Origin: a virus
Taxonomy: Duplodnaviria; Caudoviricetes
Reading direction: 5' to 3' (one strand)
Length of the DNA: 53,718 nt
Virus record (IMG/VR): IMGVR_UViG_3300030107_001340
Coordinates: 1-53,718 of that record
Shown: piece by piece, positions 25,105-34,964 of the stretch
Position numbering within the stretch: the first letter of the stretch is position 1
How the letters are laid out: each line of letters begins with the position of its first letter
Notes under the pieces: generated by a model
Seen by the model: only the letters and a program-made list of their open reading frames with translations
What the model was told of the DNA's origin: nothing
Database searches by the model: none
Position numbers and translations under genes: made by a program

Positions 25105-25508
25105 TGTTAGGACTAGCTGAAAGTGTAGTAGGTGTAGCTGGTAAGGTTCTCGATAAGTTTGTTGAGGATAAAGATCTTAAAACAAAATTGGAAGCAGAAC
25201 TAAAACAGCAGATGATTAGTCTTGATCTTGCTCAAGCACAAGCAAATATAGAACAAGCTAGACATCCTTCTATTTTTGTTGCCGGAGCTAGACCTGCCAT
25301 CATGTGGATATGTGCTGTGGCTCTTGGATGGCAGTTTATACTGGCTCCAATATCATCGTGGATTATTATAACTTGGTATCCTACGATAACACTACCTGTG
25401 TTACAAACAGGGGAGTTGACAAGTTTAGTTCTTGCACTTCTTGGTCTTGGCGGCATGAGAACTGCTGAGAAGTGGAAGGGCGTTGAAAGAAATAATATGA
25501 AAAGATAG
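25104..25508 (+). CDS. putative holin (3TM, GTA-holin-like)
   Basis: SIFVAGARPAIMW...LLGLGGMRTAEK; near the lysozyme. Confidence 0.75.
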   Translation: MLGLAESVVGVAGKVLDKFVEDKDLKTKLEAELKQQMISLDLAQAQANIEQARHPSIFVAGARPAIMWICAVALGWQFILAPISSWIIITWYPTITLPVLQTGELTSLVLALLGLGGMRTAEKWKGVERNNMKR

Positions 25509-25517
25509 GAATTTTTT

Positions 25518-25760
25518 ATGGCCGCACAAAAAATACTTGAGTGGAAATTACTTCCTAGATTTATGATGTTTGTAATGACAATTATGAGTTGGCGTGTCGT
25601 AGAATGGTTTATGACATTACCTGCACCTACACCGTCACAAGCTGGGCTTGTTAGTGTGGTAACAGGTGCAATGACAGGGGCGTTTGCTGTTTGGGTAAAC
25701 CATGAAGGCAGACATCCTCCACAGCCTACATCTTCAATAAAGGTAACTAACAAAAAATGA
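25518..25760 (+). CDS. small two-TM membrane protein
   Basis: WKLLPR...WFM...QAGLVSVVTGA. Confidence 0.75.
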   Translation: MAAQKILEWKLLPRFMMFVMTIMSWRVVEWFMTLPAPTPSQAGLVSVVTGAMTGAFAVWVNHEGRHPPQPTSSIKVTNKK

Positions 25761-26251
25761 AATATAACACAATAGAGTTAGTAGAAGAATTAAAAAGATC
25801 AGAGGGTGTTGTCCTTACTGTATACAAAGATAGTTTAGGTATTGACACGATTGGAATAGGGCGTAATCTAAAAGATCGTGGAATATCAGATGAAGAGTTT
25901 GATATGCTGCATGTTTCTTCTATGGAAGAGGTATATGCTGTGGGTATTAATGAAGGTGAAGCTTTATATCTAGCTACAAATGATATTAGAATTGTGGAAA
26001 CAGAACTGCTTCAAAAGCATCCTTGTGTTAATGAACTTGATCCTGTTAGACAAATGGTTTTAGTGGACATGGCATTTAATATGGGAGTGCCAAGATTATG
26101 TGGTTTTAAACGCATGTGGGAAAACATATATAATAAAAATTTCACTGGCGCAGCATCCGAAATGTTAGATTCTAGATGGGCTACGCAGGTAAAATCAAGG
26201 GCTAATAGATTAGCTGATAAAATGCGTGTTGGCACAAAAACAGATTGGTAG
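25757..26251 (+). CDS. T4-type lysozyme (GH24) endolysin
   Basis: EG...YKD...TIGIG catalytic E-D-T, MAFNMG, EMLDSRWATQV. Confidence 0.92.
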   Translation: MKYNTIELVEELKRSEGVVLTVYKDSLGIDTIGIGRNLKDRGISDEEFDMLHVSSMEEVYAVGINEGEALYLATNDIRIVETELLQKHPCVNELDPVRQMVLVDMAFNMGVPRLCGFKRMWENIYNKNFTGAASEMLDSRWATQVKSRANRLADKMRVGTKTDW

Positions 26252-26257
26252 TATAAT

Positions 26258-26632
26258 ATGGCTAGACAATTAAATGAAAGACAACAAAAGTTCCTTGAGG
26301 TTTTATTTGAGGACGCAGGTGGCGACGTTGTTGCTGCAAAAAAACTAGCAGGTTATTCTAACAATACACCCACTACATCTGTTGTTCGTAGTCTTAAAGA
26401 AGAGATACTTGAAGCTACACAAATGTTTATGGCACGTAACGCACCTAAAGCAGCTATGGCAATGACAGGAGCTTTGTACGATCCAACTGAACTTGGTATA
26501 AAAGATAAAATGCAAGCCGCTAAAGAATTATTAGATCGTAGCGGATTAGTTAAAACAGAAAAGATGCAGGTAGAGGCTACAGGTGGAGTAATGCTTATGC
26601 CACCAAAAGCACCAGTAGAGGATGAAGAGTAG
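26258..26632 (+). CDS. putative terminase small subunit
   Basis: LNERQQKFL...AKKLAGYS...AAKELLDRSG. Confidence 0.65.
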   Translation: MARQLNERQQKFLEVLFEDAGGDVVAAKKLAGYSNNTPTTSVVRSLKEEILEATQMFMARNAPKAAMAMTGALYDPTELGIKDKMQAAKELLDRSGLVKTEKMQVEATGGVMLMPPKAPVEDEE

Positions 26633-26920
26633 ATGCCTGACCCCAAAAAAGGCACAGGTAAAAAACCAAAAGGATCTGGGCGAAGACTTTACACAGACGA
26701 AAATCCAAAGGATACCGTCAAAATAAAATTTGCCACTCCATCAGATGCAAGGGCTACAGTAGCTAAAGTTAAGAGAATTAAAAAACCATACGCACGTAAA
26801 ATACAAATACTTACAGTTATGGAACAACGTGCAAAAGTTATGGGTAAGACTGAAGTTGTACGAATTGCTAAACAAGCAAAAAAGGTATTAAAAGAAAGCA
26901 ATAAGAAAAAGAAAAAATGA
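26633..26920 (+). CDS. basic hypothetical protein
   Basis: GRRLYTDENPKDTV...MEQRAK. Confidence 0.75.
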   Translation: MPDPKKGTGKKPKGSGRRLYTDENPKDTVKIKFATPSDARATVAKVKRIKKPYARKIQILTVMEQRAKVMGKTEVVRIAKQAKKVLKESNKKKKK

Positions 26921-27312
26921 CTAGAAGTATAGGTAAATGGAAACTCCCTCAACCAATAGATATTAAGGAAGAAAATGAATGGATACCCATTCCTAAAGTT
27001 GCAAGGACAGTTCCATTTGGATATATGCAAAGTAATGAAGACCCAGACATTCTAGACCCTATACCCCTTGAATTAGATTTGTTAGAAAAGGCAAAGAAAC
27101 ATCTTAAACAGTATTCATATCGTGAAGTTGCTAATTGGTTGTCCAAACAATCTGGCAGATCTATTTCACATGTAGGGTTAAAGAAAAGAGTAGATAATGA
27201 GCGACAGCGTAAGAAAAAAGCTGCTGGCCTCCGCAGATGGGCAAACTATGCGGAAAAGGCAATCGCCAAGGCGAAAGAAATCGAAGCCAAAAGAACGGGC
27301 GCAAAAGTCTAA
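26917..27312 (+). CDS. putative DNA-binding protein (recombinase-domain-like HTH)
   Basis: VPFGY...SYREVANWL...ISHVGL. Confidence 0.6.
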   Translation: MTRSIGKWKLPQPIDIKEENEWIPIPKVARTVPFGYMQSNEDPDILDPIPLELDLLEKAKKHLKQYSYREVANWLSKQSGRSISHVGLKKRVDNERQRKKKAAGLRRWANYAEKAIAKAKEIEAKRTGAKV

Positions 27313-28768
27313 ACAAGTAACTATCAAAGAGGTTGATCTTAAAACTGAGAAACTTCTTCCGATAGAAGAAGAACGAAATGTTATATTTAAACCTAATGAT
27401 GGGCCGCAAACAAATTTTCTAGCAGCTAGTGAAAGAGAGGTTTTATATGGGGGTTCAGCAGGAGGCGGTAAGTCTTACGCCATGCTTGCTGACCCTTTAC
27501 GTTACATGGGGCATCCTGCATTTAGTGGACTATTGTTACGTCACACTACTGAAGAATTAAGAGAACTTATATTTAAATCGCAAGAGTTGTACCCAAAAAT
27601 CTGGCCCGGAATAAAATGGTCAGAGAGAAAGATGCAGTGGACCGCACCATCTGGCGCAAGATTGTGGATGTCTTATCTGGATAGAGATGAGGATGTCTTG
27701 CGATATCAGGGTCTAGCATTTAGCTGGATAGGGTTTGACGAGTTAACTCAATGGGCCACACCATACGCATGGAATTATATGCGATCTCGTCTACGATCCA
27801 CTGCCCCTGATTTACCTATCTACATGAGGGCTACAACAAACCCCGGAGGTAGGGGGCATCATTGGGTTAAAAAAATGTTTATTGACCCATCCGCATACGA
27901 TAAACCTTTTGACGCTACAGATATTGATACAGGAGAAACTTTAAGATACCCAGCAGGACACTCTAAAGCTGGGAAGCCACTTTTTAAAAGGAGATTTATC
28001 CCGGCTCGTTTATCTGACAATCCATATCTTTGTACTCAAGGTGACTACGAAGCAATGCTTTTGTCTTTACCTGAACAGCAAAGAAGACAATTGTTAGATG
28101 GTGATTGGGATATTAAAGAGGGTGCTGCTTTTACAGAATTTAATAGAGATGTTCATGTTATTGAGCCTTTTGACATTCCTTCTAATTGGGTTAAGTTTCG
28201 TGCTTGTGATTATGGGTATGGTAGTTATTCTGGTGTTCTTTGGTTCGCTGTTGCACCCTCTGAACAAATTATTGTTTACCGTGAGTTGTACGTTTCTAAA
28301 GTTCTTGCAGCGGATTTGGCAGATCAAATTTTAGATCTTGAAGCTGGTGATGGTAATATTAAGTATGGCGTTCTTGATAGCTCTTTGTGGCATAAGCGTG
28401 GAGATACTGGACCTAGTTTGGCAGAGCAAATGATAATGAAAGGATGTAGGTGGCGACCTTCGGATAGAAGTAAAGGTAGTAGAGTTTCTGGAAAGAATGA
28501 AATACACAGAAGATTACAGATAGATGAGTATACAGACGAACCAAGACTAGTGTTTTTTGATAACTGCACAAATACAATATCACAATTACCAGCATTACCA
28601 ATTGATAAAAGAAATCCAGAAGATATCGACACACATTCAGAAGATCACTTGTATGATGCGTTGCGTTATGGTATAATGTCAAGACCAAGGTTTAGTATCT
28701 TTGACTATAATCCTACAGGTAGACCACAACAAACAATGTCAGTTGCTGACGCAACATTTGGGTACTAA
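27197..28768 (+). CDS. terminase large subunit
   Basis: YGGSAGGGKS Walker A, IGFDE Walker B, TTNPGG, DYG, EDHLYDALRY; start uncertain. Confidence 0.95.
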   Translation: MSDSVRKKLLASADGQTMRKRQSPRRKKSKPKERAQKSKQVTIKEVDLKTEKLLPIEEERNVIFKPNDGPQTNFLAASEREVLYGGSAGGGKSYAMLADPLRYMGHPAFSGLLLRHTTEELRELIFKSQELYPKIWPGIKWSERKMQWTAPSGARLWMSYLDRDEDVLRYQGLAFSWIGFDELTQWATPYAWNYMRSRLRSTAPDLPIYMRATTNPGGRGHHWVKKMFIDPSAYDKPFDATDIDTGETLRYPAGHSKAGKPLFKRRFIPARLSDNPYLCTQGDYEAMLLSLPEQQRRQLLDGDWDIKEGAAFTEFNRDVHVIEPFDIPSNWVKFRACDYGYGSYSGVLWFAVAPSEQIIVYRELYVSKVLAADLADQILDLEAGDGNIKYGVLDSSLWHKRGDTGPSLAEQMIMKGCRWRPSDRSKGSRVSGKNEIHRRLQIDEYTDEPRLVFFDNCTNTISQLPALPIDKRNPEDIDTHSEDHLYDALRYGIMSRPRFSIFDYNPTGRPQQTMSVADATFGY

Positions 28769-28779
28769 GGAAAAAATAC

Positions 28780-30915
28780 ATGGCTGATGATGAAATTATG
28801 ATGGAAGATGACGCTATTGCGTTAGAAGATAGTGAAAACTCTATAGAGGACGATGCAGATATAGCTGGCATTGTTCCTTTTATTATGGAGAAATTTACTC
28901 GCGCAGAAGACTATCGTTATCAAGATGAAGAGCGTTGGTTAAAGGCGTACAGAAATTATCGGGGTTTATATGGACCTGACGTGCAGTTTACTGAATCTGA
29001 AAAGTCTAGAGTATTTATTAAGGTAACTAAAACAAAAACACTCGCTGCCTATGGGCAAATTGTTGACGTGTTATTTGCGGGTCAAAAGTTTCCTATAACA
29101 ATTGAACCAACAGAGCTTCCAGAAGGAGTTGTTGAAAGTGTTCATTTTGATCCTAAAGCTCCACAAGATACTACAGATACAGATGCGTTGGAAAGTCCAT
29201 ATGGTTTTGAAGGAGATGGGCAAGACTTTCCTCGTGGTGCTACACAAAATTCTTTATTAGAAAAGTTAGGAGCTTTACGTAATAAACTTTCTCCTGTTGA
29301 GGATAAATTAAAAGAAGGTCCGGGTACAACACCCACCGCCATTACATTTAGTCCTGCACAAATTTCTGCAAAGAAAATGGAGAAAAAAATACAAGATCAA
29401 TTACAGGAGTCTAGTGCTAATAAATATTTGCGATCTACTGCTTTTGAAATGGCATTATTTGGCACAGGTGTAATGAAAGGACCGTTTGCTGTAGATAAAG
29501 AGTATCCTAATTGGGGAGAAGACGGTCAATATGATCCTATGTTTAAAACAGTTCCACAGGTATCCCATGTATCTGTTTGGAATTTTTATCCCGACCCTGA
29601 CGCTAACAATATGGAAGAAGCACAGTTTGTAATTGAGAGACACAAACTTTCAAGAACACAATTACGTAATCTTAAAAAGCGTCCGTACTTCCGCGACAAT
29701 GTTATTGATGATTGTATTTCTATGGGAGAAAATTATACAAAAAAATATTGGGAAGATGATTTAGAAGATTACGCACCTGAACATGGTATTGAGCGTTTTG
29801 AAGTTCTTGAATATTGGGGAACTATAGATACAGAAATGCTTGAAGAGCAAGGTGTGGAAATACCAGACGATTTAAAAGATTTTGATGAACTTCAAGCAAA
29901 CGTATGGGTAACAAACGATAAAATTATTCGTATGGTCCTTAATCCATTTAAACCTGCTCGTATTCCTTACATGGCTGCTCCATATGAACTTAATCCATAC
30001 AGCTTCTTTGGTATTGGTCTTGCTGAAAATATGGACGATACACAAACTCTGATGAATGGCTTTATGCGTATGGCTGTTGACAATGCTGTATTGTCTGGTA
30101 ATTTATTAGTTGAAGTAGATGAAACAAACTTAGTGCCGGGGCAAGACTTAGCTTTGTATCCCGGCAAAGTATTTAGAAGGCAAGGTGGCGCACCGGGACA
30201 GGCAATATTTGGAACTAAATATCCAAACGTGTCCAGTGAAAACATGATGATGTTTGACAAGGCAAGACAACTTGCAGATGAAAGCACGGGCTTTCCATCA
30301 TTCGCACATGGTCAAACAGGTGTGGCAGGTGTAGGTAGAACCGCCAGTGGTATATCAATGTTGATGAACGCTGCCAGTGGTAGTATTAAAAATGTAATTA
30401 AAAACGTAGACGATTATCTTTTACGTCCGTTAGGTGAAGGTCTGTTTAGATTTAATATGCAGTTTGACTTTGATCCTGACATTAAAGGTGATCTAGAAGT
30501 AAAAGCAAGAGGCACAGAAAGTCTCATGGCTAACGAAGTAAGAAGTCAAAGACTCATGCAGTTCTTACAAATCTCAAGTAGTCCAGCCCTTGCACCATTT
30601 GCAAAGTTTCCTTATATTATTAGAGAGATTGCAAAGGCAATGGACTTAGACCCCGACAAAGTTACCAACAACATGGGTGACGCTGCTATTCAAGCTGAAG
30701 TAATGAAAGGCATGATGCAGCAGCAACAAGCACAAGGCGGTCCACCTCCAGCAGGTGCAGACGCTATGGACCCGACAGGTGCAGGTGGTGGCACTATAGG
30801 AACAGGTATGGCTCCGGGTCCGGGTCAACAAGGATTTACAGGAAATGCACAAGGAAATACTGAGCAAGCTCAAGCCGCTGGTCAGCAACAACCGCCAGTG
30901 GCAAGCATTCAATGA
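28780..30915 (+). CDS. portal protein
   Basis: 711 aa after TerL; FYPDP, FFGIG, RTASGISML, Q/G/P-rich tail. Confidence 0.88.
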   Translation: MADDEIMMEDDAIALEDSENSIEDDADIAGIVPFIMEKFTRAEDYRYQDEERWLKAYRNYRGLYGPDVQFTESEKSRVFIKVTKTKTLAAYGQIVDVLFAGQKFPITIEPTELPEGVVESVHFDPKAPQDTTDTDALESPYGFEGDGQDFPRGATQNSLLEKLGALRNKLSPVEDKLKEGPGTTPTAITFSPAQISAKKMEKKIQDQLQESSANKYLRSTAFEMALFGTGVMKGPFAVDKEYPNWGEDGQYDPMFKTVPQVSHVSVWNFYPDPDANNMEEAQFVIERHKLSRTQLRNLKKRPYFRDNVIDDCISMGENYTKKYWEDDLEDYAPEHGIERFEVLEYWGTIDTEMLEEQGVEIPDDLKDFDELQANVWVTNDKIIRMVLNPFKPARIPYMAAPYELNPYSFFGIGLAENMDDTQTLMNGFMRMAVDNAVLSGNLLVEVDETNLVPGQDLALYPGKVFRRQGGAPGQAIFGTKYPNVSSENMMMFDKARQLADESTGFPSFAHGQTGVAGVGRTASGISMLMNAASGSIKNVIKNVDDYLLRPLGEGLFRFNMQFDFDPDIKGDLEVKARGTESLMANEVRSQRLMQFLQISSSPALAPFAKFPYIIREIAKAMDLDPDKVTNNMGDAAIQAEVMKGMMQQQQAQGGPPPAGADAMDPTGAGGGTIGTGMAPGPGQQGFTGNAQGNTEQAQAAGQQQPPVASIQ

Positions 30916-31063
30916 TTATCTTGATGAATTAATTTCACAAGAACACAAGTCTCTTGAGCAAGGTGATAACATGACAATTGTTCACAGATCACAAGGGGCT
31001 ATAAATTGCTTACGTAAGTTAAAGCAACTTAGGGATGAAATAAATGGTAGCGGGACTAGCTAG
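30845..31063 (+). CDS. small post-portal protein
   Basis: VHRSQGAI...L pattern. Confidence 0.75.
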   Translation: MHKEILSKLKPLVSNNRQWQAFNDYLDELISQEHKSLEQGDNMTIVHRSQGAINCLRKLKQLRDEINGSGTS

Positions 31064-33950
31064 ACTTATATCAAAAGGTGGAAAAGAAATAGCTTCTGAA
31101 ATGGAAGACCTGTTTTCTTCTACAGCTAAACGTGAAACAAGAGAAATACCAGACGCTCCTGTAGAGGAAACTTCTACACCTGTGGCTAGAGAAATACCAG
31201 ACGCTCCTGTAGAGGAAACTTCTACACCTGTGGCTAGAGAAATACCAGACGCTCCTGTAGAGGAAACACCTGCACCCGTAGCTAGAGAAATATTTGATGA
31301 ACCTATAGAAGAAACCCCTATATCTACGGCTATATCAAAAGAAGAAGATATTACACAAGCAGAAGAATTAGTTGCTAATCCAGAAAAGTTAAAAGCATGG
31401 CAAAATAATAAAGAAGCAGAAGTAGGGGGTAGTCAAAGACAAGAAAATCCTGAGTTGGCAAAACAAGCGGCTGAAGATTTATACCAAAGAAAGATAACAT
31501 CAAAACAAGCTAGAGAAATAATAAAAAATGAGTTACCTATTACATCAACTTACACTAAAGAAGATGTAGATGAGTTAATTCCTAGCGTTACAGAAGTTGT
31601 AGGAGCATTGGGTAAAAAAGCTTTTAAAGATGGAAGCAGAGTTTTAAAAGTTAAAGGATTTGATTTAAAAGATGGTGAAAGAGTAGCGTCTAGATTAGAT
31701 ATTCCCTCTTATAATAGATTCAATACATGGGTAGTTTCTATACATGAAAAAGGAAGAAAAGGACGAAGTAAAGGGTATGGTCAGGCAATTAGATTAAAAA
31801 ATATTGAATTTACTAGCGATTCTAAAGACGCTTTGAATATCGCAAGAGGTAAAAGATTTAGTCCAAAAGAACAAAAAGATATAGGTATGGGTAAAGCAAC
31901 TATAGCTCGTATACAAGGAGATTATGTAAAGTCTGAACCTGAAGATTTAGTAGCTTTGGCAAAAGAATTAATAGACGATCCTGAATGGACTCAAGTAGGA
32001 ATGAATCCTTACAGAGGTAGTTTCTTCTACAATAAAGAAACTGGCACACCTGTATTTGAAGCAGATGAAGTTATTCAAGTAGGCCCATTAGTTTTAGCTA
32101 AAAATATTAAGAAACCGACAATAACACAATTAAAACAGTTAGCAGTTTATGATACGATAGAAAAAAATGGCAAAGTTAAAAAAACAAACATACGACTTTT
32201 TAATGAAGGTGGCATGGCTATGAATAAAAAAACAATGTCAAAGCAGATGGAGCTATTTCAAGAAGGAGGTTTGGCTGATCAAGGCGGTGAAATAGATATG
32301 GAGTCTGGCAATGAAGTGCCTACAGGTTCATTAAAAGAGGAAGTACGTGACGATATTCCTGCTAATCTAAGCGAGGGTGAGTTTGTTATGCCAGCTTACG
32401 CTGTTAGATTTCATGGCATTGATAAGATGATGCAGCTTGTAGATGAAGCTAAAGTTAAGCTAGAGCGCATGGAACAAATGGGTATGATGGGTAATTCAGA
32501 AGAAGCAACATTACCAGATGATACGTTATTAGAGGGTGGACAAAAAGAACAAGAAGCGTTAAACTATCAAGTAGGTGGCTATGTGCAACCTGTTGTGGGC
32601 GCACCAGTACAGCCATATGTTCCGGGTCAAACTGTTTTTTCACCTCCACCTGCCGCTTCTTCTATTCCACAACAACCTTCTACTGTAGCAAGTCAATTTA
32701 ATATACAACCTACCCCTCAAACGTATCAACAACAAACAGGTTACACACCTCCAGTAATACAGCCTGTGCCTATTCAACAAAGACAAACTACTCCTAGATT
32801 TAAAGATTATTTAATTTCATCTGGAGGTAAATACGACGAGTTAAGAGAATATGTAAATGATGCAGGTAATATATTAACTATACCTTTTATACAGGGTAGA
32901 CCTATTTATCCAGTGCCTGAAGGTTATAGACCACGAAAAACAGATTCTGTTGAATCTGATGAAGTAACAACTACAACAACTACGGTGACACCTAAAGAAA
33001 CTGATGGCGAAGATCCTGTAACAGTTACAGGTAAAAATCAGGCAAACATCGGAGGTCTTTCACCCGGAGAAGTAGCATCAGGCGTATCAAAAGATAAATC
33101 TGTACAAAATAAAATTGGACTTAGTTTAAGTGAATTAAATAAAAGTCCTATGGCTAAAGTAGCATTAGGTTTTGCGTTGGGCGGTCCTATAGGGGCAATA
33201 GGCTCAGTAGTAGGTTTAGCTGCAAAGGAAATGCTTGGAGTTAATATACCTAGTATAACAGATTTAGCATCTAAAGTATTTGGAAAACCACAAAATCAAC
33301 TTAGTCAAACAGAGTTAGATCAAATTAGTAATTTAACTTCTGCTCAAACTCAAGCAAGTATTGCAGGGGCATTAGGAGTTGATTCTTTATCAGGAAACTA
33401 TGGCAATAAACCGGGAGATATAGACGCAGCAACAGGCGGTATTTTTAATGATCGTGGTATTGCTATGGCTGTAGATGTAACAGGTAGAATAATAGGTCAG
33501 GCTACGGGACCAGACGATGATCTACCAAGTTTCAACAGTATAGGTTCTTGGGGTAAGGAGCTTTCTACTTCATTTGATACAGGATGGTATGGTGGTCCTC
33601 AAGGTCCACAAAGTTTACAAGATATGGACAGAGAGACACTTGATAACTATGGAAAATATGCTGAAGCTGTAGGAGGTAAAACTAAACAAGATTATGAAGA
33701 TGAACAAGCAAATAGAGATTTTGATGACTTAATGGATATGGGAGAAGATAGAACAAAACAGGAAATAGCACTTGATGATGAATTAGAAGAAGAGGAGGCT
33801 GCAGCAGAGCAAGCAGCAGCAGCGGCGGCAGAAGCAGCGGCAGAAGCTAAAGAAGAAACATTAAGTCAAGACGAAAGAGATGAAATGGAAGATAGCGGTG
33901 CAAATCCAGATACTGGTCAAAGTCCCGCTGAAGATATGGGAGATATATAA
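31044..33950 (+). CDS. large multidomain putative virion/ejection protein
   Basis: 16-aa repeats, globular insert, FNEGG/FQEGG/YQVGG, DDIPANLSEGEFV motif, acidic tail. Confidence 0.75.
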   Translation: MVAGLARLISKGGKEIASEMEDLFSSTAKRETREIPDAPVEETSTPVAREIPDAPVEETSTPVAREIPDAPVEETPAPVAREIFDEPIEETPISTAISKEEDITQAEELVANPEKLKAWQNNKEAEVGGSQRQENPELAKQAAEDLYQRKITSKQAREIIKNELPITSTYTKEDVDELIPSVTEVVGALGKKAFKDGSRVLKVKGFDLKDGERVASRLDIPSYNRFNTWVVSIHEKGRKGRSKGYGQAIRLKNIEFTSDSKDALNIARGKRFSPKEQKDIGMGKATIARIQGDYVKSEPEDLVALAKELIDDPEWTQVGMNPYRGSFFYNKETGTPVFEADEVIQVGPLVLAKNIKKPTITQLKQLAVYDTIEKNGKVKKTNIRLFNEGGMAMNKKTMSKQMELFQEGGLADQGGEIDMESGNEVPTGSLKEEVRDDIPANLSEGEFVMPAYAVRFHGIDKMMQLVDEAKVKLERMEQMGMMGNSEEATLPDDTLLEGGQKEQEALNYQVGGYVQPVVGAPVQPYVPGQTVFSPPPAASSIPQQPSTVASQFNIQPTPQTYQQQTGYTPPVIQPVPIQQRQTTPRFKDYLISSGGKYDELREYVNDAGNILTIPFIQGRPIYPVPEGYRPRKTDSVESDEVTTTTTTVTPKETDGEDPVTVTGKNQANIGGLSPGEVASGVSKDKSVQNKIGLSLSELNKSPMAKVALGFALGGPIGAIGSVVGLAAKEMLGVNIPSITDLASKVFGKPQNQLSQTELDQISNLTSAQTQASIAGALGVDSLSGNYGNKPGDIDAATGGIFNDRGIAMAVDVTGRIIGQATGPDDDLPSFNSIGSWGKELSTSFDTGWYGGPQGPQSLQDMDRETLDNYGKYAEAVGGKTKQDYEDEQANRDFDDLMDMGEDRTKQEIALDDELEEEEAAAEQAAAAAAEAAAEAKEETLSQDERDEMEDSGANPDTGQSPAEDMGDI
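31140..31331 (+). repeat. 48-bp coding tandem repeat (REIPDAPVEETSTPVA x3 plus one degenerate copy)
   Basis: First two units identical at DNA level. Confidence 0.92.
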
Positions 33951-34049
33951 CAAAACGTGGTCTAGCTGCACGTTAAACAGCTATATATGTTGGCTACCTA
34001 ACCCCCCTACTAACATGGCTACGGTTAGCCCCTACAGGAGAAAGACACA

Positions 34050-34925
34050 ATGTCTGATACAATAATGGCTGAAGAAGTAAAGCCCGAAACTAAAGTAGCG
34101 TTTATGGCAAAACCATATTCACGAGATGATAAAATAAAACAAGAAGAAGAAGAACTAGAGCAATTGTTAAAAGCTCAACGTGGAGAAACAGAGGAGGAAA
34201 CAGAAGAGGTAAAAGCCAAAGAAGAAGAGCCTACTTCTGCTGAAGAAAAAACATTTAAGAAAAGATATGGTGACTTACGCCGTCATACACAAGAAAAAGA
34301 AAAAGAGTTTCAAACTCAGATTGATGATCTTAAAAGACAGCTTAAAGCTGCGTCAGAAAAAGAAATTAAATTGCCACGTTCTGAAAAAGAATTAGAAGAA
34401 TGGGCATCTGAGTATCCTGATGTTGCAGCTATAGTAGAAACCATAGCTATTAAAAAAGCAAAAGAGCAAGCTGCTGCATTAGAAGAACGTATAAAGAAAG
34501 TTGATCAACTTGAGTACACTGCTAAAAAAGAAAAGGCAGAAGCCGAGTTATTAAGAATACATCCTGACTTTGCTGAAATAAGAGACAGTGATGATTTCCA
34601 TACGTGGGCTGAAGAGCAACCTCGTTGGGTACAAGATGCTTTGTACGAAAACGATGATGATGCAAAGTCTGCTGCACGAGCTATAGATCTGTACAAATCG
34701 GATAAAGGTATTAGCAAAAAGAAATCATCGGGCAAAGATGCAGCTAAGTCTGTGCAAACAAAAACTTCACGTAGTAAACCGCAAGACGATGAAAGGTCTA
34801 CGTATCTACGTGAATCTGAAGTTCAAAGAATGTCTGCCCATGAATATGAACAACATTCTGAAGAGATCATGGAAGCTATCCGTTCTGGTAAGTTTGTCTA
34901 TGATGTATCTGGTTCTGCCAGATAA
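34050..34925 (+). CDS. capsid scaffolding protein
   Basis: Acidic coiled coil, FKKRYGDLRRH, HPDF; directly before the capsid gene. Confidence 0.8.
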   Translation: MSDTIMAEEVKPETKVAFMAKPYSRDDKIKQEEEELEQLLKAQRGETEEETEEVKAKEEEPTSAEEKTFKKRYGDLRRHTQEKEKEFQTQIDDLKRQLKAASEKEIKLPRSEKELEEWASEYPDVAAIVETIAIKKAKEQAAALEERIKKVDQLEYTAKKEKAEAELLRIHPDFAEIRDSDDFHTWAEEQPRWVQDALYENDDDAKSAARAIDLYKSDKGISKKKSSGKDAAKSVQTKTSRSKPQDDERSTYLRESEVQRMSAHEYEQHSEEIMEAIRSGKFVYDVSGSAR

Positions 34926-34931
34926 AAACAG

Positions 34932-34959
34932 TTGACAAATAGTTATCTGTAAGTATAAC
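34932..34959 (+). promoter_or_regulatory. sigma70-type promoter for the capsid gene
   Basis: TTGACA-16 nt-TATAAC. Confidence 0.6.
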
Positions 34960-34964
34960 TATAG

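Noticed and set aside
27197-27312. Programmed -1 frameshift fusing 26917-27312 to TerL at the A-rich run near 27211-27220
   Set aside because: TerL is in the +1 frame relative to the upstream ORF; more likely simple overlap or a later start
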